Positions 46,222 to 56,323 of a stretch of 64,000 nucleotides of DNA are shown in pieces; the stretch's first letter is position 1; each line of letters begins with the position of its first letter. A program made the translations under genes and the position numbers. Origin of the DNA: Barthelona sp. PCE (lineage: Eukaryota); the NCBI GenBank assembly GCA_040285745.1, contig JAUFOR010000008.1, positions 1,178,001 through 1,242,000 of the forward strand. The letters are read 5' to 3'. The notes beneath the pieces were generated by a model. That model made no database searches, was not told where the DNA came from, and was given only the letters and a program-made list of their open reading frames with translations.

Positions 46222-46768
46222 CAAAAATTCTAAAGAAGTTGTATGCATCTTTTTCGCTTGATTCTCTACATTACCATGCGGTTGAGATGGATTTGAAGTG
46301 GTTTATTTGTGAAAAATTTGCTTGCAAGAGCAAGAGTGACATAGAAAACGGTTCTTGATTTCACATTGTTCTCCACGTAAATTATAACAAACTTCACTTT
46401 ACAAAAGATGATTAATACTTATTACTTCAATTGAATATAGAATAATCGATTCATAGAGGATATTGGAAAGTTGCCAGGGTTAATACTTTTAATTATTGAA
46501 CAATTTGACAATGCAAAAAATCAGGTGTGTTTCTTGAACATGGGAAGAACTATACAAAGTATAAGCGAAAGTATGGAAAACAACCATTAACAAAATGATC
46601 TCCCTTTCTTACACATACTGTCGCTTTTAAGAACATAATGAGCACTTCGCACACACATACTGATCTTGTTAACACTCAGAAAATCTAAAATTATGGCTGA
46701 AGGCAAAGCAAAACTCTGTTCTTGTTATCCGTTTTTTAATCCTTTACACATAAGAATGATACTTTATA

Positions 46769-47998
46769 ATGGTTTCATCAAAGGCAAAGCCAACATCAAA
46801 ACGTAAAAGGAAGACAAAGGCTGAGATTGCCAAAAACTGTCGTAAGCTGAGTGAGTTCTTCACTATTGAAGGACGCAACCATACATCTGCGCCTATGTCA
46901 AAGTCTAAAAGTCACAAGAAAACTGTAACAACAAAGAAGATTCGTACTAGAACTCCAAAAGGTGAAAGAAGATCAAAATCCAAGTCTAAGAAACTAGGTG
47001 ATGTCAGAGAACCCATTGGAACTAAACCAGCCATTGATAAGAACCAGAAACTGATCACAGACTTTTTTACATTTTCTACTTTACAAAAACTACAGACAGA
47101 AGAGATTCTTGTGGAGAAAATGTCACAGTTGTCCCAAGAAACACCTCCTCCCATTGTGAGGGTTTCACAATCTCAACAAGAAGAGGAAAGCATTCGTGCT
47201 ATGATGTACGACTACGATCTTACCGATTTTGATATTCATGAAATGTACTCTTTCAACAATTCCATGCTCCATCTCGAACAAAAGATGTATCAAACAACAT
47301 ATCCAGTGTTGAAAGAGGGATCAGGCAATATTTCCGTTGAATATTCTATGCTTAAGCCTCAAACTAAATATGGATCACCATACACCGTTGTACTAGATTT
47401 AGATGAGACCCTTATACACACAACTGATACGCTAGATACGAATGTAATGTGTGATCATGAATATGAAGAGTTATTTATTGCTGGAGAGACATATTATACT
47501 TTCTTTAGGCCACAGGCACGTGAGTTCGTTCGAAACCTCGCCAGAGACTTTGAAGTTGTTATTTTTACAGCTGGAACAGACGAATATGCAGATAAAGTAG
47601 CAGCCATGCTCGATGCACGATGGCATGTGAAAAGAGAAGAAAGTATGTTCAGCGCAGTACTATCCCGGTCTCAGTGTACAGAGGTTAAAGTAGACCGTGA
47701 TTCAGCCGTTTTCGTGAAGCATCTTGATTACCTTGGAAGGAATTTGGATCGAGTCGTAATGGTTGATAATACCATCAACGCGTTAAGTTGGAACATAGAC
47801 AACCTTGTGCTGTGCGGCCCTTTTTACCCCACACCACATTGTGTTAATGATCGTACACTGGGCAGAATTTATAGTTATCTATCAAAACTTCGTCGATGTG
47901 GTAATTTTCGTAGTGCAATCAGAAAAGATTTTAAGATGGAGGATAGAATTATCAACCACTGTGAGAACTGCATGGATGATGAAGCTGATTCAGATTAG
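46769..47998 (+). CDS. FCP1/SCP-family (NIF, HAD) CTD phosphatase-like protein
   Basis: VVLDLDETLIH, RP...F, VVIFTAG, KHLDYLGRNLDRVVMVDN and a basic N-terminus. Confidence 0.92.
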   Translation: MVSSKAKPTSKRKRKTKAEIAKNCRKLSEFFTIEGRNHTSAPMSKSKSHKKTVTTKKIRTRTPKGERRSKSKSKKLGDVREPIGTKPAIDKNQKLITDFFTFSTLQKLQTEEILVEKMSQLSQETPPPIVRVSQSQQEEESIRAMMYDYDLTDFDIHEMYSFNNSMLHLEQKMYQTTYPVLKEGSGNISVEYSMLKPQTKYGSPYTVVLDLDETLIHTTDTLDTNVMCDHEYEELFIAGETYYTFFRPQAREFVRNLARDFEVVIFTAGTDEYADKVAAMLDARWHVKREESMFSAVLSRSQCTEVKVDRDSAVFVKHLDYLGRNLDRVVMVDNTINALSWNIDNLVLCGPFYPTPHCVNDRTLGRIYSYLSKLRRCGNFRSAIRKDFKMEDRIINHCENCMDDEADSD

Positions 47999-48075
47999 AT
48001 CGGTTTAGTAAACGTTTTCCCTTTTTCTACCACTTTACAGGATTTTTTCCTAAACTTTTGGTTCACATCCGGGGT

Positions 48076-48975
48076 ATGGACTTTCTAAAGCAGTTTGCAA
48101 CTGGGGAAATCGAAGATTTAAGCTCATACACATTTGTATTTTGCTATGATCCAAAATATTTGCATGATTCAATTTTTAAAGATGTTCTCGCACGTTTCGG
48201 GTTGGATTGCCCCGATTTCAGTTGTCCAATACAGAATTTTGAAGCTAATCTCTTCACAAACACCTCAACAGACTCCATAAACATTCGGCTGTATTTTGTG
48301 CAATATGAATTCCTCAACGTCGTGTTAAAGTCACACATTGATGTTTCTTTCCTGTGTTTTATGATGAGAATGGATGAAATCGAAGCTTTTGAAGACTACT
48401 GTATTTTTTTGAAGAACTTACTAATTTCAAGCAGTACTGACATGTTACTTTGGATCCACGACATAGATGGCAGCATTGCATACCAGTTAAAGTTGAATAG
48501 TTTTGCAAACGACTTCCATATCGAGGATTATTTCACGTACTACCTGCGTTACCATTGTTTCTTCACCCAAATAGGTATTCTTCGTGGAGATGTCTCGCTT
48601 TTATTTGCGTACATCTTTGAGAGAGTCCTCAAACTTGAACAGGAAAAGAAAACAATATGCATTAGCACAGACCTAAAAACTTTTTTTATTCCACCGTTTT
48701 TTGAAACAGAGGATACATTGTCACTACTGCCCAACCGGGAAGAGTTTGCTGATGCGCTTGTTCCTGTGTCTCCGTTTGAGTTATTAGATTTAGATGTTAA
48801 ACAAGAAGAAAAACGTAGTTTTTTAGAACATGATCGATGGTTAAGTGATTTAGATAATAGAATCAGTTCAGTATCCCAGATGAAATCAACTTCAAAAAAA
48901 TCTATTGGCAAAAGAACTAGAAAAGAGAAAAAGAATGCATCTCTTTACTTTCAAGAGCTGTTGCAAAAGAAATAA
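48076..48975 (+). CDS. Probable divergent cytoplasmic dynein light intermediate chain
   Basis: LLFAYIFERVL, FFIPPFFETEDTLSLL, EHDRWLSDL and terminal LYFQELLQKK parallel the DLIC motifs FIPxGWD and FFxxLL in order. No P-loop seen. Confidence 0.55.
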   Translation: MDFLKQFATGEIEDLSSYTFVFCYDPKYLHDSIFKDVLARFGLDCPDFSCPIQNFEANLFTNTSTDSINIRLYFVQYEFLNVVLKSHIDVSFLCFMMRMDEIEAFEDYCIFLKNLLISSSTDMLLWIHDIDGSIAYQLKLNSFANDFHIEDYFTYYLRYHCFFTQIGILRGDVSLLFAYIFERVLKLEQEKKTICISTDLKTFFIPPFFETEDTLSLLPNREEFADALVPVSPFELLDLDVKQEEKRSFLEHDRWLSDLDNRISSVSQMKSTSKKSIGKRTRKEKKNASLYFQELLQKK

Positions 48976-48982
48976 ATCAAAA

Positions 48983-49930
48983 TTATGTTGTCACGTAGCC
49001 GCTGGGGAACCTGTTTCTTGGTGTTGATCCAATTTCATCATATTTGAACTGATCATATGGGAATAAACAGTCCCAAGGTATATGAACTGTCCGATGTTGA
49101 TAAGAACCCGTCAAATAATCATCGTGGTAAAAGACAAGGTAATGGGGCTCCAAAAGACGTACGTAACGTCCCTTTGCATTCTTCTTCTCTTCCATTTCTT
49201 CCTTTTCGTTTCCACTTTCTTTAACACCAATCCACATCCACCTCTTCAATTTAGGCACCCGACCCACTATAATTGCCGGGTACAGCACATCTGAGTCGGG
49301 ATACAGCGCCATGACCTTAGTCCCCGCCTCATAGAATGGATCTTTAGATGGTGGCAGTATGCAATCACAGACTGACCGCCGATACTCTATCCGATCATCG
49401 TCTAGGTCCTCCAGAACGTACTCTTGGGTATCGTAGTCGAACTTCTTAACACCTAATCGTACCCAGAACGAAGTTGAGTTGATTTCAATTTTTGTAAATA
49501 CCCGATCCCCGTTTATCAGTTCATCAGGGTTGTGTCGGTGTAGGTCCCAGCTCTTTCTATCAAATATGGGAAGGCGCTTGATACGCTTCGGTGCTACTGG
49601 CTCTATAGGTATGTAAGGAAGACACTTCGTCTTGCCAGGGATGATGAGCGGGGTCTCTTTCTTAATTGCGCTGTCGATTGCTCTTATAAGATTCTGACGT
49701 CGCTCATTCTGCCGCTTAAGCCCATTTAAAAGCTTTGAAAATCGTGCTTGAACACCTTTAAGTTGTGTTATGGTTGTTTGTGAAATCTTGTGGTTTTTGT
49801 ATGCATTAAAACGATTTCTGGATTCTACAAAAAGGTCTGCGGCCTTTTGGGATGCCTGAAAGTAGGTTGTAAACGACTTGGAGAAGATTTCCTCAAGTTT
49901 GTACCAAGAATTCAATTCCACATTAGACAT
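48983..49930 (-). CDS. SGF29-like tandem Tudor protein
   Basis: N-terminal coiled coil, YVLEDLDD, then GTKVMALYPDSDVLYPAII (SGF29 VLALYPxTTxFY) and YLVFYHDD. Confidence 0.7.
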   Translation of the reverse strand: MSNVELNSWYKLEEIFSKSFTTYFQASQKAADLFVESRNRFNAYKNHKISQTTITQLKGVQARFSKLLNGLKRQNERRQNLIRAIDSAIKKETPLIIPGKTKCLPYIPIEPVAPKRIKRLPIFDRKSWDLHRHNPDELINGDRVFTKIEINSTSFWVRLGVKKFDYDTQEYVLEDLDDDRIEYRRSVCDCILPPSKDPFYEAGTKVMALYPDSDVLYPAIIVGRVPKLKRWMWIGVKESGNEKEEMEEKKNAKGRYVRLLEPHYLVFYHDDYLTGSYQHRTVHIPWDCLFPYDQFKYDEIGSTPRNRFPSGYVTT

Positions 49931-50610
49931 TCCTTATTTAACGATCCAGAATAACTGGTGTTGATCTTAACTAAAAAATAGCTGCAAAAAGCCGTTTAAA
50001 TAGCTGTAAAATAGCTGATGAAGGTGAAAATAAATTCAACAAAATGCAAATACGCGATAGTAGTCATCTAAACCTACTAATAAATTAGAATCATCTCTTA
50101 GACATGGTTAGACAGAATGCAAAGTTCAAGGGAGAAAGAAAACTCACATTTTTCTTCCTAAAACTGTTCCACTGACTAAGGTTAACTAATCTCATAATCA
50201 AAGTTGAAACTGAATATCACCCTTAGGAGAGAGAATTATTAATTCCGCATCCTGACATTCCGTTTACAATATAATTAAGAATCTATCTGAAATACTTCTC
50301 AACTACCAACATTATGATCGTTTTTGACGAAATACCAACCTTGTTTCACGTCCAAGCTACTAATTATCTAACACTACTGATGATAGTAACTGCACTGTTC
50401 AAATTTTGCACCCGATCGCTGAAAATGTTGGATTTTAGCTGTACATAGTATGTGTACTTATAATACACTAATTTTCAGCTCAATGAGTATAACTGAAAAG
50501 TAGTAGAATTCAAGTGAGTTGTGCAATTCCATAATTTTTACTTTTATAGAAGGTGTGCTCAAAGCAGATTTATCACCAAATCCAACTCAATTATGATTAA
50601 AATAACAATT

Positions 50611-50715
50611 AAGGCCCAAACTAAAGCCCATATGCTCCCAAACTGCTTTCCATGCACTTCCCCAAGCTAAATAAGCCCCCATAAATGAATTAAGCCCCTT
50701 AAAAAAGCCCAAAAA
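50611..50715. repeat. Cluster of five A(A/G)GCCC motifs in an intergenic region
   Basis: AGGCCC at 50612 and AAGCCC at 50624, 50673, 50692 and 50705. Confidence 0.6.
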
Positions 50716-51449
50716 GGCAACTATAAATAACCTGCTTTAGTAACAATATATAGACTCGAAAATATGCACAAAAAAAAAACGGTTTTAACAGCATTTATAC
50801 TTCAAAAAACAACAGAAAAAACACATGAAGCTTATAAAAAGCTTATTTCAAGGATAGCTAACAGTTTGATTCAAACGGTAAGACAAGTATAAACAAACAA
50901 AAAATAATACAAGAACGTAGTTCTGTGCTCAATTTAAAGCCTTAAGACTAAAACAAAAAGGTGAGAAAAAGTAATATAGCTGTCTATTGAAATTCTTATT
51001 TCTTGCACGTCATTTTCGTGGTGTTCTACCTGAGCATCCCATGAAACAAGCATAAAATTGCAATTTAAACCAAAGTATCGTTTTACAGTTTCTAAGAATA
51101 CGTTCTTTGTATGTTATACTTCAGTAAGTGCTTATCTTGCTGGCGATAATGAAACTCAAATGTAAAAAACGCAATTCTAAAAAGCACCTGTTTTGAATGC
51201 GAACTTTTTGAATTTCTCTATAATCTTAATGCTATCGTGATACTGATGCCTTTTAATTACCAATTCAACTCACAAACATCACTATTGAAAACTGTTAATA
51301 ACCAAAAATGTCTATCGAAGAAAAGAACCAATTAAAACCAATAATTCAAGTGCTAACAGAGTATTTAAACCACATATCTTCTTATTTGACTTCTTAAATA
51401 TGGTGGAAGAATAAAGAACTCGTTATCTAAATTTCAACCATTCTCTCAA

Positions 51450-54400
51450 ATGGAAAGTGTTGAAACTTATGACGAAAAAGAGTTTTATGGGGTCATAAGC
51501 ACTCTTCCAAACTGTGATGTCCCTTCACAAATGATTTCGGGTTTTTTTACGCAAAGTAAGAAGTTAGAGGTTATATTCATTCGACAAACATTGCTGGAAC
51601 TGTATGAGGTGTCTGAAACGGAACTTGTATTAATTCTGAAGATACCAATTTTTGCTGAAATTAGGGCTTACAAGGTTTACAGACCAGATTGGGCCAGGTA
51701 CGACTTCTTAGCGTTATCTGACATAAGTAATCGGGGCTGTGCATTGTCATTTCGTGAAAAAGGCAGGGTTCGTGAAGAATTTTCTTTCACATTCCCAAAG
51801 GTTGCCAGTTCAACACTATCAACAAATAATGTCATAGCAGTGAACAGTAACGGTACTCGCCTGCTCTTCCTGTTCGGCTCTAGCGATTGGCACGTTGTAC
51901 ACCATGATGGAAACCGATACCAGACGTTTTCAACTATGATTACACCAAACTATACTGATGCATACTTCATTGACAACCACAACATAGCAGCATTACGGAA
52001 GCCGGACTACCCAGGAGACGACGTGCTGTATGCAATTCGAGCAAGTGCAAAGGCCGAGCGTTTGTCACGACAGCCCATATCTATTATTAATCTTTCGGTT
52101 GCTAACATGCCCCGCAGTGTCTTCAAGGCATTTAGGCACATGAACTGGATCTTCTACATTTCTAAATCAACAATATATTACTGTGATGCGTCTGAAGATA
52201 AACTTCTGTCAGTGCGAGTTTTTGATGATAACACTGCCATTTCCACTCGACTGGGCCTGCTTGGCGGTGGTGAATTCGAGCCGTTGATCATCGACGAGAC
52301 CAAGTTTATCTTACCTAATCTTAATCAATTGATTTTTTGTTCTATGCAACACAACCACCTAACTTTCATATCGCTTTCACTGAGTATTGACCTGAGCTCA
52401 ATCGCGTATGTTGGTGAGGGTAGGTGCTTCGCTGGATTTGTGGACGGTGGTACCGAATTTTTGCAGTTGTCTTTAGAAAGAGCCAGTGTTGATACATTAA
52501 GCCGAAAACAATGTATAGGGGGGCTTTCGAGCATCGCATCCCTAGGTAATGGGAAGTTCTGTGTGTTATGTGGTGTGCACCACAATATCATCAAACTCTT
52601 ATCACATCAGCACCAAGCAGTTCCGATTGAAGATAGTATAACCTTTGGCTCCCGGATTCCGTACTGTATGTTCACTCCGGCAACCGACTCGGTGGCTGTT
52701 CTTTCTCAAGATGGCAGTGATAATGTCGTGATTGATTTCCTCACAGAAGGGGAACGGGAGACATTTGCTGTTGATGGGCCCGTTGCAAATGTTGCTCAGT
52801 GCGCTGGAAACATGTATTTTGTTCAGGAATCATCAATCACAAATGGTGATGACACAGTCTGTGAATGGCAGGGTATTTGTACTGCCTCCGCATCAACAGA
52901 CAGTGCAATATACGTCACGACTGCCTTTGATCTCATTGTTTACGACGGGGAAGAAAGGAAAAAGAATTTTGGCTTCAACAGAGGTATCACACACTTATGT
53001 CTTCACAATAACCTGATCATCATTGTTGACGGTGATTCTATTGGATATATTCTCGATGGTGATACGTTGGACATCTGCAAAACGTTTTCATTTGCAGAAC
53101 TGCTGGATCAGGAAATTTTTTTTACACTCTTTCAACTCGTTTCTGTTGAAGATAGTGTCATTGTCACTCTCACGGACAACACAGTTGCCCGCCTTGTTGT
53201 GACACGTGATGGTGTTGAATGTCAAAAAAAAAACCAAACAGATCAGTTGATCAGATTCTGCCGTGACACTGCTTTTGTGTTATCGGGTGATGATCTCTTT
53301 TTCTTTGACGCAGTGGCACTCCAGACTGTCAGACGTATTGGTGCAAAAACCGAATCTTCAATCATTGACTGTTGTCGTGTTGGTGATAAGTTATTCATTC
53401 TTGACTCATCAGGCACGGTGTTCACCGTCCAGAAGGAGTGCAATCTGGTGCTGGACGATCTGCAGCGGACCAATGAGATTACACATAGTGAAGGTTACAC
53501 GACACTCGCCAAATTGAGTGATGACTATGTAGCGATGGGAAGAGATAACACGCTCATCATCAGAGACAGGTTCCTCAAGAAAACTGTGGACAGCCTGAGC
53601 TTTGAGGAGGGATTTATTGTCACCAACGTAAGTTACGACCCAGAAAACAAAATTATAACTGTATGCGCTGCTGAGATGGACACGAACTCTGCTGAGTTCG
53701 TGCTTCCGACCGCAGGCATGTTCTCCTCTTACATTATTCGCAATGGAAGGTTGTCTCGAGCACTGACAAAGATATCAAAACCAGAAGGCTGCTTCTTTTC
53801 TTACTGTGATGGGTCAAACGCTATCATCGCATGGCCTTCCGCAGTGGAACTATACTCATATGATGAATACGGAAAGTTTAGACTGCTCAACAGCAATCCT
53901 AACTGGGGAATAGTTGCAGACATCAAGCCAGCTGGTATCCCTGGTTGCTATTATGTGTGCGATATTATCGAGGGAGTTGTGCTACTGCGATTAACACTGT
54001 CTTCTTCTGAAAGGTGTGTGAGGTACATTGGCGGCTCTATGCCAACCAGACTCCATCTCTTAAAAGGGTATTTAGTTGTTTTTGATGCCATGGGTGGTCT
54101 TTTTGTGCTAAAGCGAGAGGAATTACGGGCACTGAAGTCCCACTCTTTGCAGTCGGTAGCGAGCATTCACCTTGGATCAACTAGCATATCTAGCATACCT
54201 TACACAACACTTTCGGGTGAGGAATGTTTATTGACATGCCTGAAGAACGGTTCTCTCATCAGACTGCACCATATAAGCAATGAGGAATATGAGATGCTGT
54301 TTAAATTAGAGAAAGCGCTAAAAGAAATGGTTCCCAGATATGGTTTTAACTATGATAAATACAGAGCCACCATTATGGATGGAAACGGCAACATACTCGA

Positions 54401-54524
54401 TATGTGCTTGCTCCGACAATTTGAAACACTGAATGATGTTGAACAAAATGTGATAGTTACTGAATTTGTTGGTTGTGAACTTGAAGAACTTATTCACTTA
54501 ATAGAAAAGTATAACAGGCAGTAA
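51450..54524 (+). CDS. DDB1/CPSF160/SF3B3-family triple beta-propeller protein, most like DDB1
   Basis: 1024 aa. N-terminal GFFT...LELYEV...IPIFAEI, CPSF_A-type VCDIIEGV and IHLG, and C-terminal NILDMCLLRQF. Subfamily uncertain. Confidence 0.75.
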   Translation: MESVETYDEKEFYGVISTLPNCDVPSQMISGFFTQSKKLEVIFIRQTLLELYEVSETELVLILKIPIFAEIRAYKVYRPDWARYDFLALSDISNRGCALSFREKGRVREEFSFTFPKVASSTLSTNNVIAVNSNGTRLLFLFGSSDWHVVHHDGNRYQTFSTMITPNYTDAYFIDNHNIAALRKPDYPGDDVLYAIRASAKAERLSRQPISIINLSVANMPRSVFKAFRHMNWIFYISKSTIYYCDASEDKLLSVRVFDDNTAISTRLGLLGGGEFEPLIIDETKFILPNLNQLIFCSMQHNHLTFISLSLSIDLSSIAYVGEGRCFAGFVDGGTEFLQLSLERASVDTLSRKQCIGGLSSIASLGNGKFCVLCGVHHNIIKLLSHQHQAVPIEDSITFGSRIPYCMFTPATDSVAVLSQDGSDNVVIDFLTEGERETFAVDGPVANVAQCAGNMYFVQESSITNGDDTVCEWQGICTASASTDSAIYVTTAFDLIVYDGEERKKNFGFNRGITHLCLHNNLIIIVDGDSIGYILDGDTLDICKTFSFAELLDQEIFFTLFQLVSVEDSVIVTLTDNTVARLVVTRDGVECQKKNQTDQLIRFCRDTAFVLSGDDLFFFDAVALQTVRRIGAKTESSIIDCCRVGDKLFILDSSGTVFTVQKECNLVLDDLQRTNEITHSEGYTTLAKLSDDYVAMGRDNTLIIRDRFLKKTVDSLSFEEGFIVTNVSYDPENKIITVCAAEMDTNSAEFVLPTAGMFSSYIIRNGRLSRALTKISKPEGCFFSYCDGSNAIIAWPSAVELYSYDEYGKFRLLNSNPNWGIVADIKPAGIPGCYYVCDIIEGVVLLRLTLSSSERCVRYIGGSMPTRLHLLKGYLVVFDAMGGLFVLKREELRALKSHSLQSVASIHLGSTSISSIPYTTLSGEECLLTCLKNGSLIRLHHISNEEYEMLFKLEKALKEMVPRYGFNYDKYRATIMDGNGNILDMCLLRQFETLNDVEQNVIVTEFVGCELEELIHLIEKYNRQ

Positions 54525-54526
54525 AA

Positions 54527-54934
54527 TTATGTTTTTACGCTCTCTCGCAGCTTGTCAAGGGCTTCCCTCATTGAATGACACAAAACTTCCAATGGACTTG
54601 GAGCTGGAGTTGCATCTAAAATGTCATCACTCCATCTGATGTGCCTCTTCTCTTTTTCAGTTGTTGTGGTTGGTTTAAGACAACTCCTTGGTGTATCTAA
54701 AGTGTTACCTGGGGTTTTTGTTATGAAATCCATGTCGAATGGTGTTGGTACAGGTGTTGTCATCATATTTTGTGATGCAGGGGTCATGAGACAGTCAATT
54801 GTGAGTGGACTTAAAGGGCTATTGAATGAGGAATCATTAGCATCCAATTCAAATATCTCAGGAAACTGTACAGATACATTTTTGACGCTTTTAGTATGCC
54901 CACAGAACTCGCATTCGTGTGTAAACGTTGTCAT
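54527..54934 (-). CDS. Small hypothetical protein with candidate PP1-docking motifs
   Basis: CEFC, many S/T-P sites, RSCLK and KRHIRW. Confidence 0.55.
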   Translation of the reverse strand: MTTFTHECEFCGHTKSVKNVSVQFPEIFELDANDSSFNSPLSPLTIDCLMTPASQNMMTTPVPTPFDMDFITKTPGNTLDTPRSCLKPTTTTEKEKRHIRWSDDILDATPAPSPLEVLCHSMREALDKLRESVKT

Positions 54935-55468
54935 AAACAGGCCCAAATTGGTGAAACTTGATTGCAGTAAGAAAAGTGAAACAGAGCGTAGACTACACTA
55001 TGCACTTTCAACACCACTTTCAAGCATCTTGAAGCTTGTAGATATATCATTCTTTACTTTTTTAACAAAAACACAATTATGAATAAAATTTTTAAAATCG
55101 AAGACGCATCGTCGAGAGGAACATAGCTTTCCGCATTGTTAACTCAGCATAATGTTATTAATCACCTGCATCGATTAAGTTTAAAGGGTTTAAAAAAGAA
55201 AACCAAAGATATCGAGCTGGGTAAGCGTTCCTAACTGTATGATGCACTTATGGAGGGTTTCATTATATATTGAGATCATTTAGACCCTGCAAAGCAGTGA
55301 TTTGATGGAAGATGTAGAATTATGCAAATTTCTGTACCAATGCTGTTTTTTAGCTATTTTCAGACAGTTTGTGGCCTTTAAACGTGCGAAGGTGCTTATT
55401 CAGCAAACATTTCAACCATAGTATAACGATCAGCACATTCTCAATTTCTCTTCCTTTTCAAGAAACAC

Positions 55469-55798
55469 ATGCATTTTAAAACAATCTTTGTTATTTGCGC
55501 TGTGCTTATTGTCGCAACTGGGGCCAAAAAATCATGTTTAGATCTAGATACGTGCTCAGCCTGTGTTAATGATCCTGAATGCGGTTGGTGCGCTTTTTCA
55601 TCAGGAACAAACAGCCGTTGCCTCCATCTAAACGACATGGCGGACAGCACATGCGCAAACCAGGGTGGTGAATGGCTCGACGATCACTGTCGTATCTCAA
55701 AATCAGATTTCATGTTTTATTTGGTTGGATTTGGCCTCTCGCTCGTCCTCCTGCTTCTCACAATCCTTCTTTTCAGGTGTTTTGACTCTAGATCATGA
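55469..55798 (+). CDS. Small type I membrane protein with a single PSI domain (PTTG1IP-like architecture)
   Basis: Signal peptide, CLDLDTCSACVNDPECGWC PSI signature and a C-terminal TM. Confidence 0.8.
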   Translation: MHFKTIFVICAVLIVATGAKKSCLDLDTCSACVNDPECGWCAFSSGTNSRCLHLNDMADSTCANQGGEWLDDHCRISKSDFMFYLVGFGLSLVLLLLTILLFRCFDSRS

Positions 55799-55808
55799 TT
55801 AGTCTATT

Positions 55809-56273
55809 TCAACTACTTAAAGGAGTTAGTTCCTTTGTCATACGATAAGCTCCTTGCCCTGTGAGGTAATAGTCGTCAAACAATGTGACTTTGTGGAAAC
55901 CATATTTTTCGTATAGAGCTATTGCGGGTACGTTACAGATCTCAACCTCTAGTTCTATGCTATTCAGTTTCCGTCTAGTAAATGCCTGTATTACGTACTC
56001 AAGGATCTTGCTTCCCAACCCATGGCCTCTGTAATCTGGATCAACCGCTATCATACCAATATAACCAACTGAATTAAAATTAACCTTGCAGATAGCTCCT
56101 CCAACAAGCTTATCGCTATCTGTGTCGTACACGCCGACGCAGCAGTCCGCATACTGTTCTGTAAAAAACCTATATGTGTATAAAGTATACGGTTCACTCA
56201 AAAAACGTTCAGCAAAGTCTCTGAACTCGTTCACTTGCTCTATGGTTAATGGAGACACGTACTTAAATGCCAT
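55809..56273 (-). CDS. NAA30: N-terminal acetyltransferase NatC catalytic subunit Naa30/Mak3
   Basis: LSEPYTLYTYRFF, GYIGMIAV, RGHGLG, LYEKYGF and YYLTG. Confidence 0.92.
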   Translation of the reverse strand: MAFKYVSPLTIEQVNEFRDFAERFLSEPYTLYTYRFFTEQYADCCVGVYDTDSDKLVGGAICKVNFNSVGYIGMIAVDPDYRGHGLGSKILEYVIQAFTRRKLNSIELEVEICNVPAIALYEKYGFHKVTLFDDYYLTGQGAYRMTKELTPLSS

Positions 56274-56323
56274 TACAAAACACTGCCCCAGAATAAGGTG
56301 TTAAAAAATTCAACAAAAAAAAG

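Noticed and set aside
50377-50422. TGATGA...CTGA, resembling a box C/D snoRNA
   Set aside because: Very short, with no terminal stem and no rRNA complement I could recognise.
50448-51360. GTATGT/GTAAGT donors (50448, 51109, 51124) and two GCTAACAG motifs suggesting introns in the large gap
   Set aside because: The branch-to-AG distance is much shorter than in the RPL39 intron, and I found no coherent spliced ORF.
54621-55082. 153-aa plus-strand ORF and the many other short antisense ORFs nested in long genes
   Set aside because: They look like shadow ORFs of genes on the opposite strand and carry no independent motifs.
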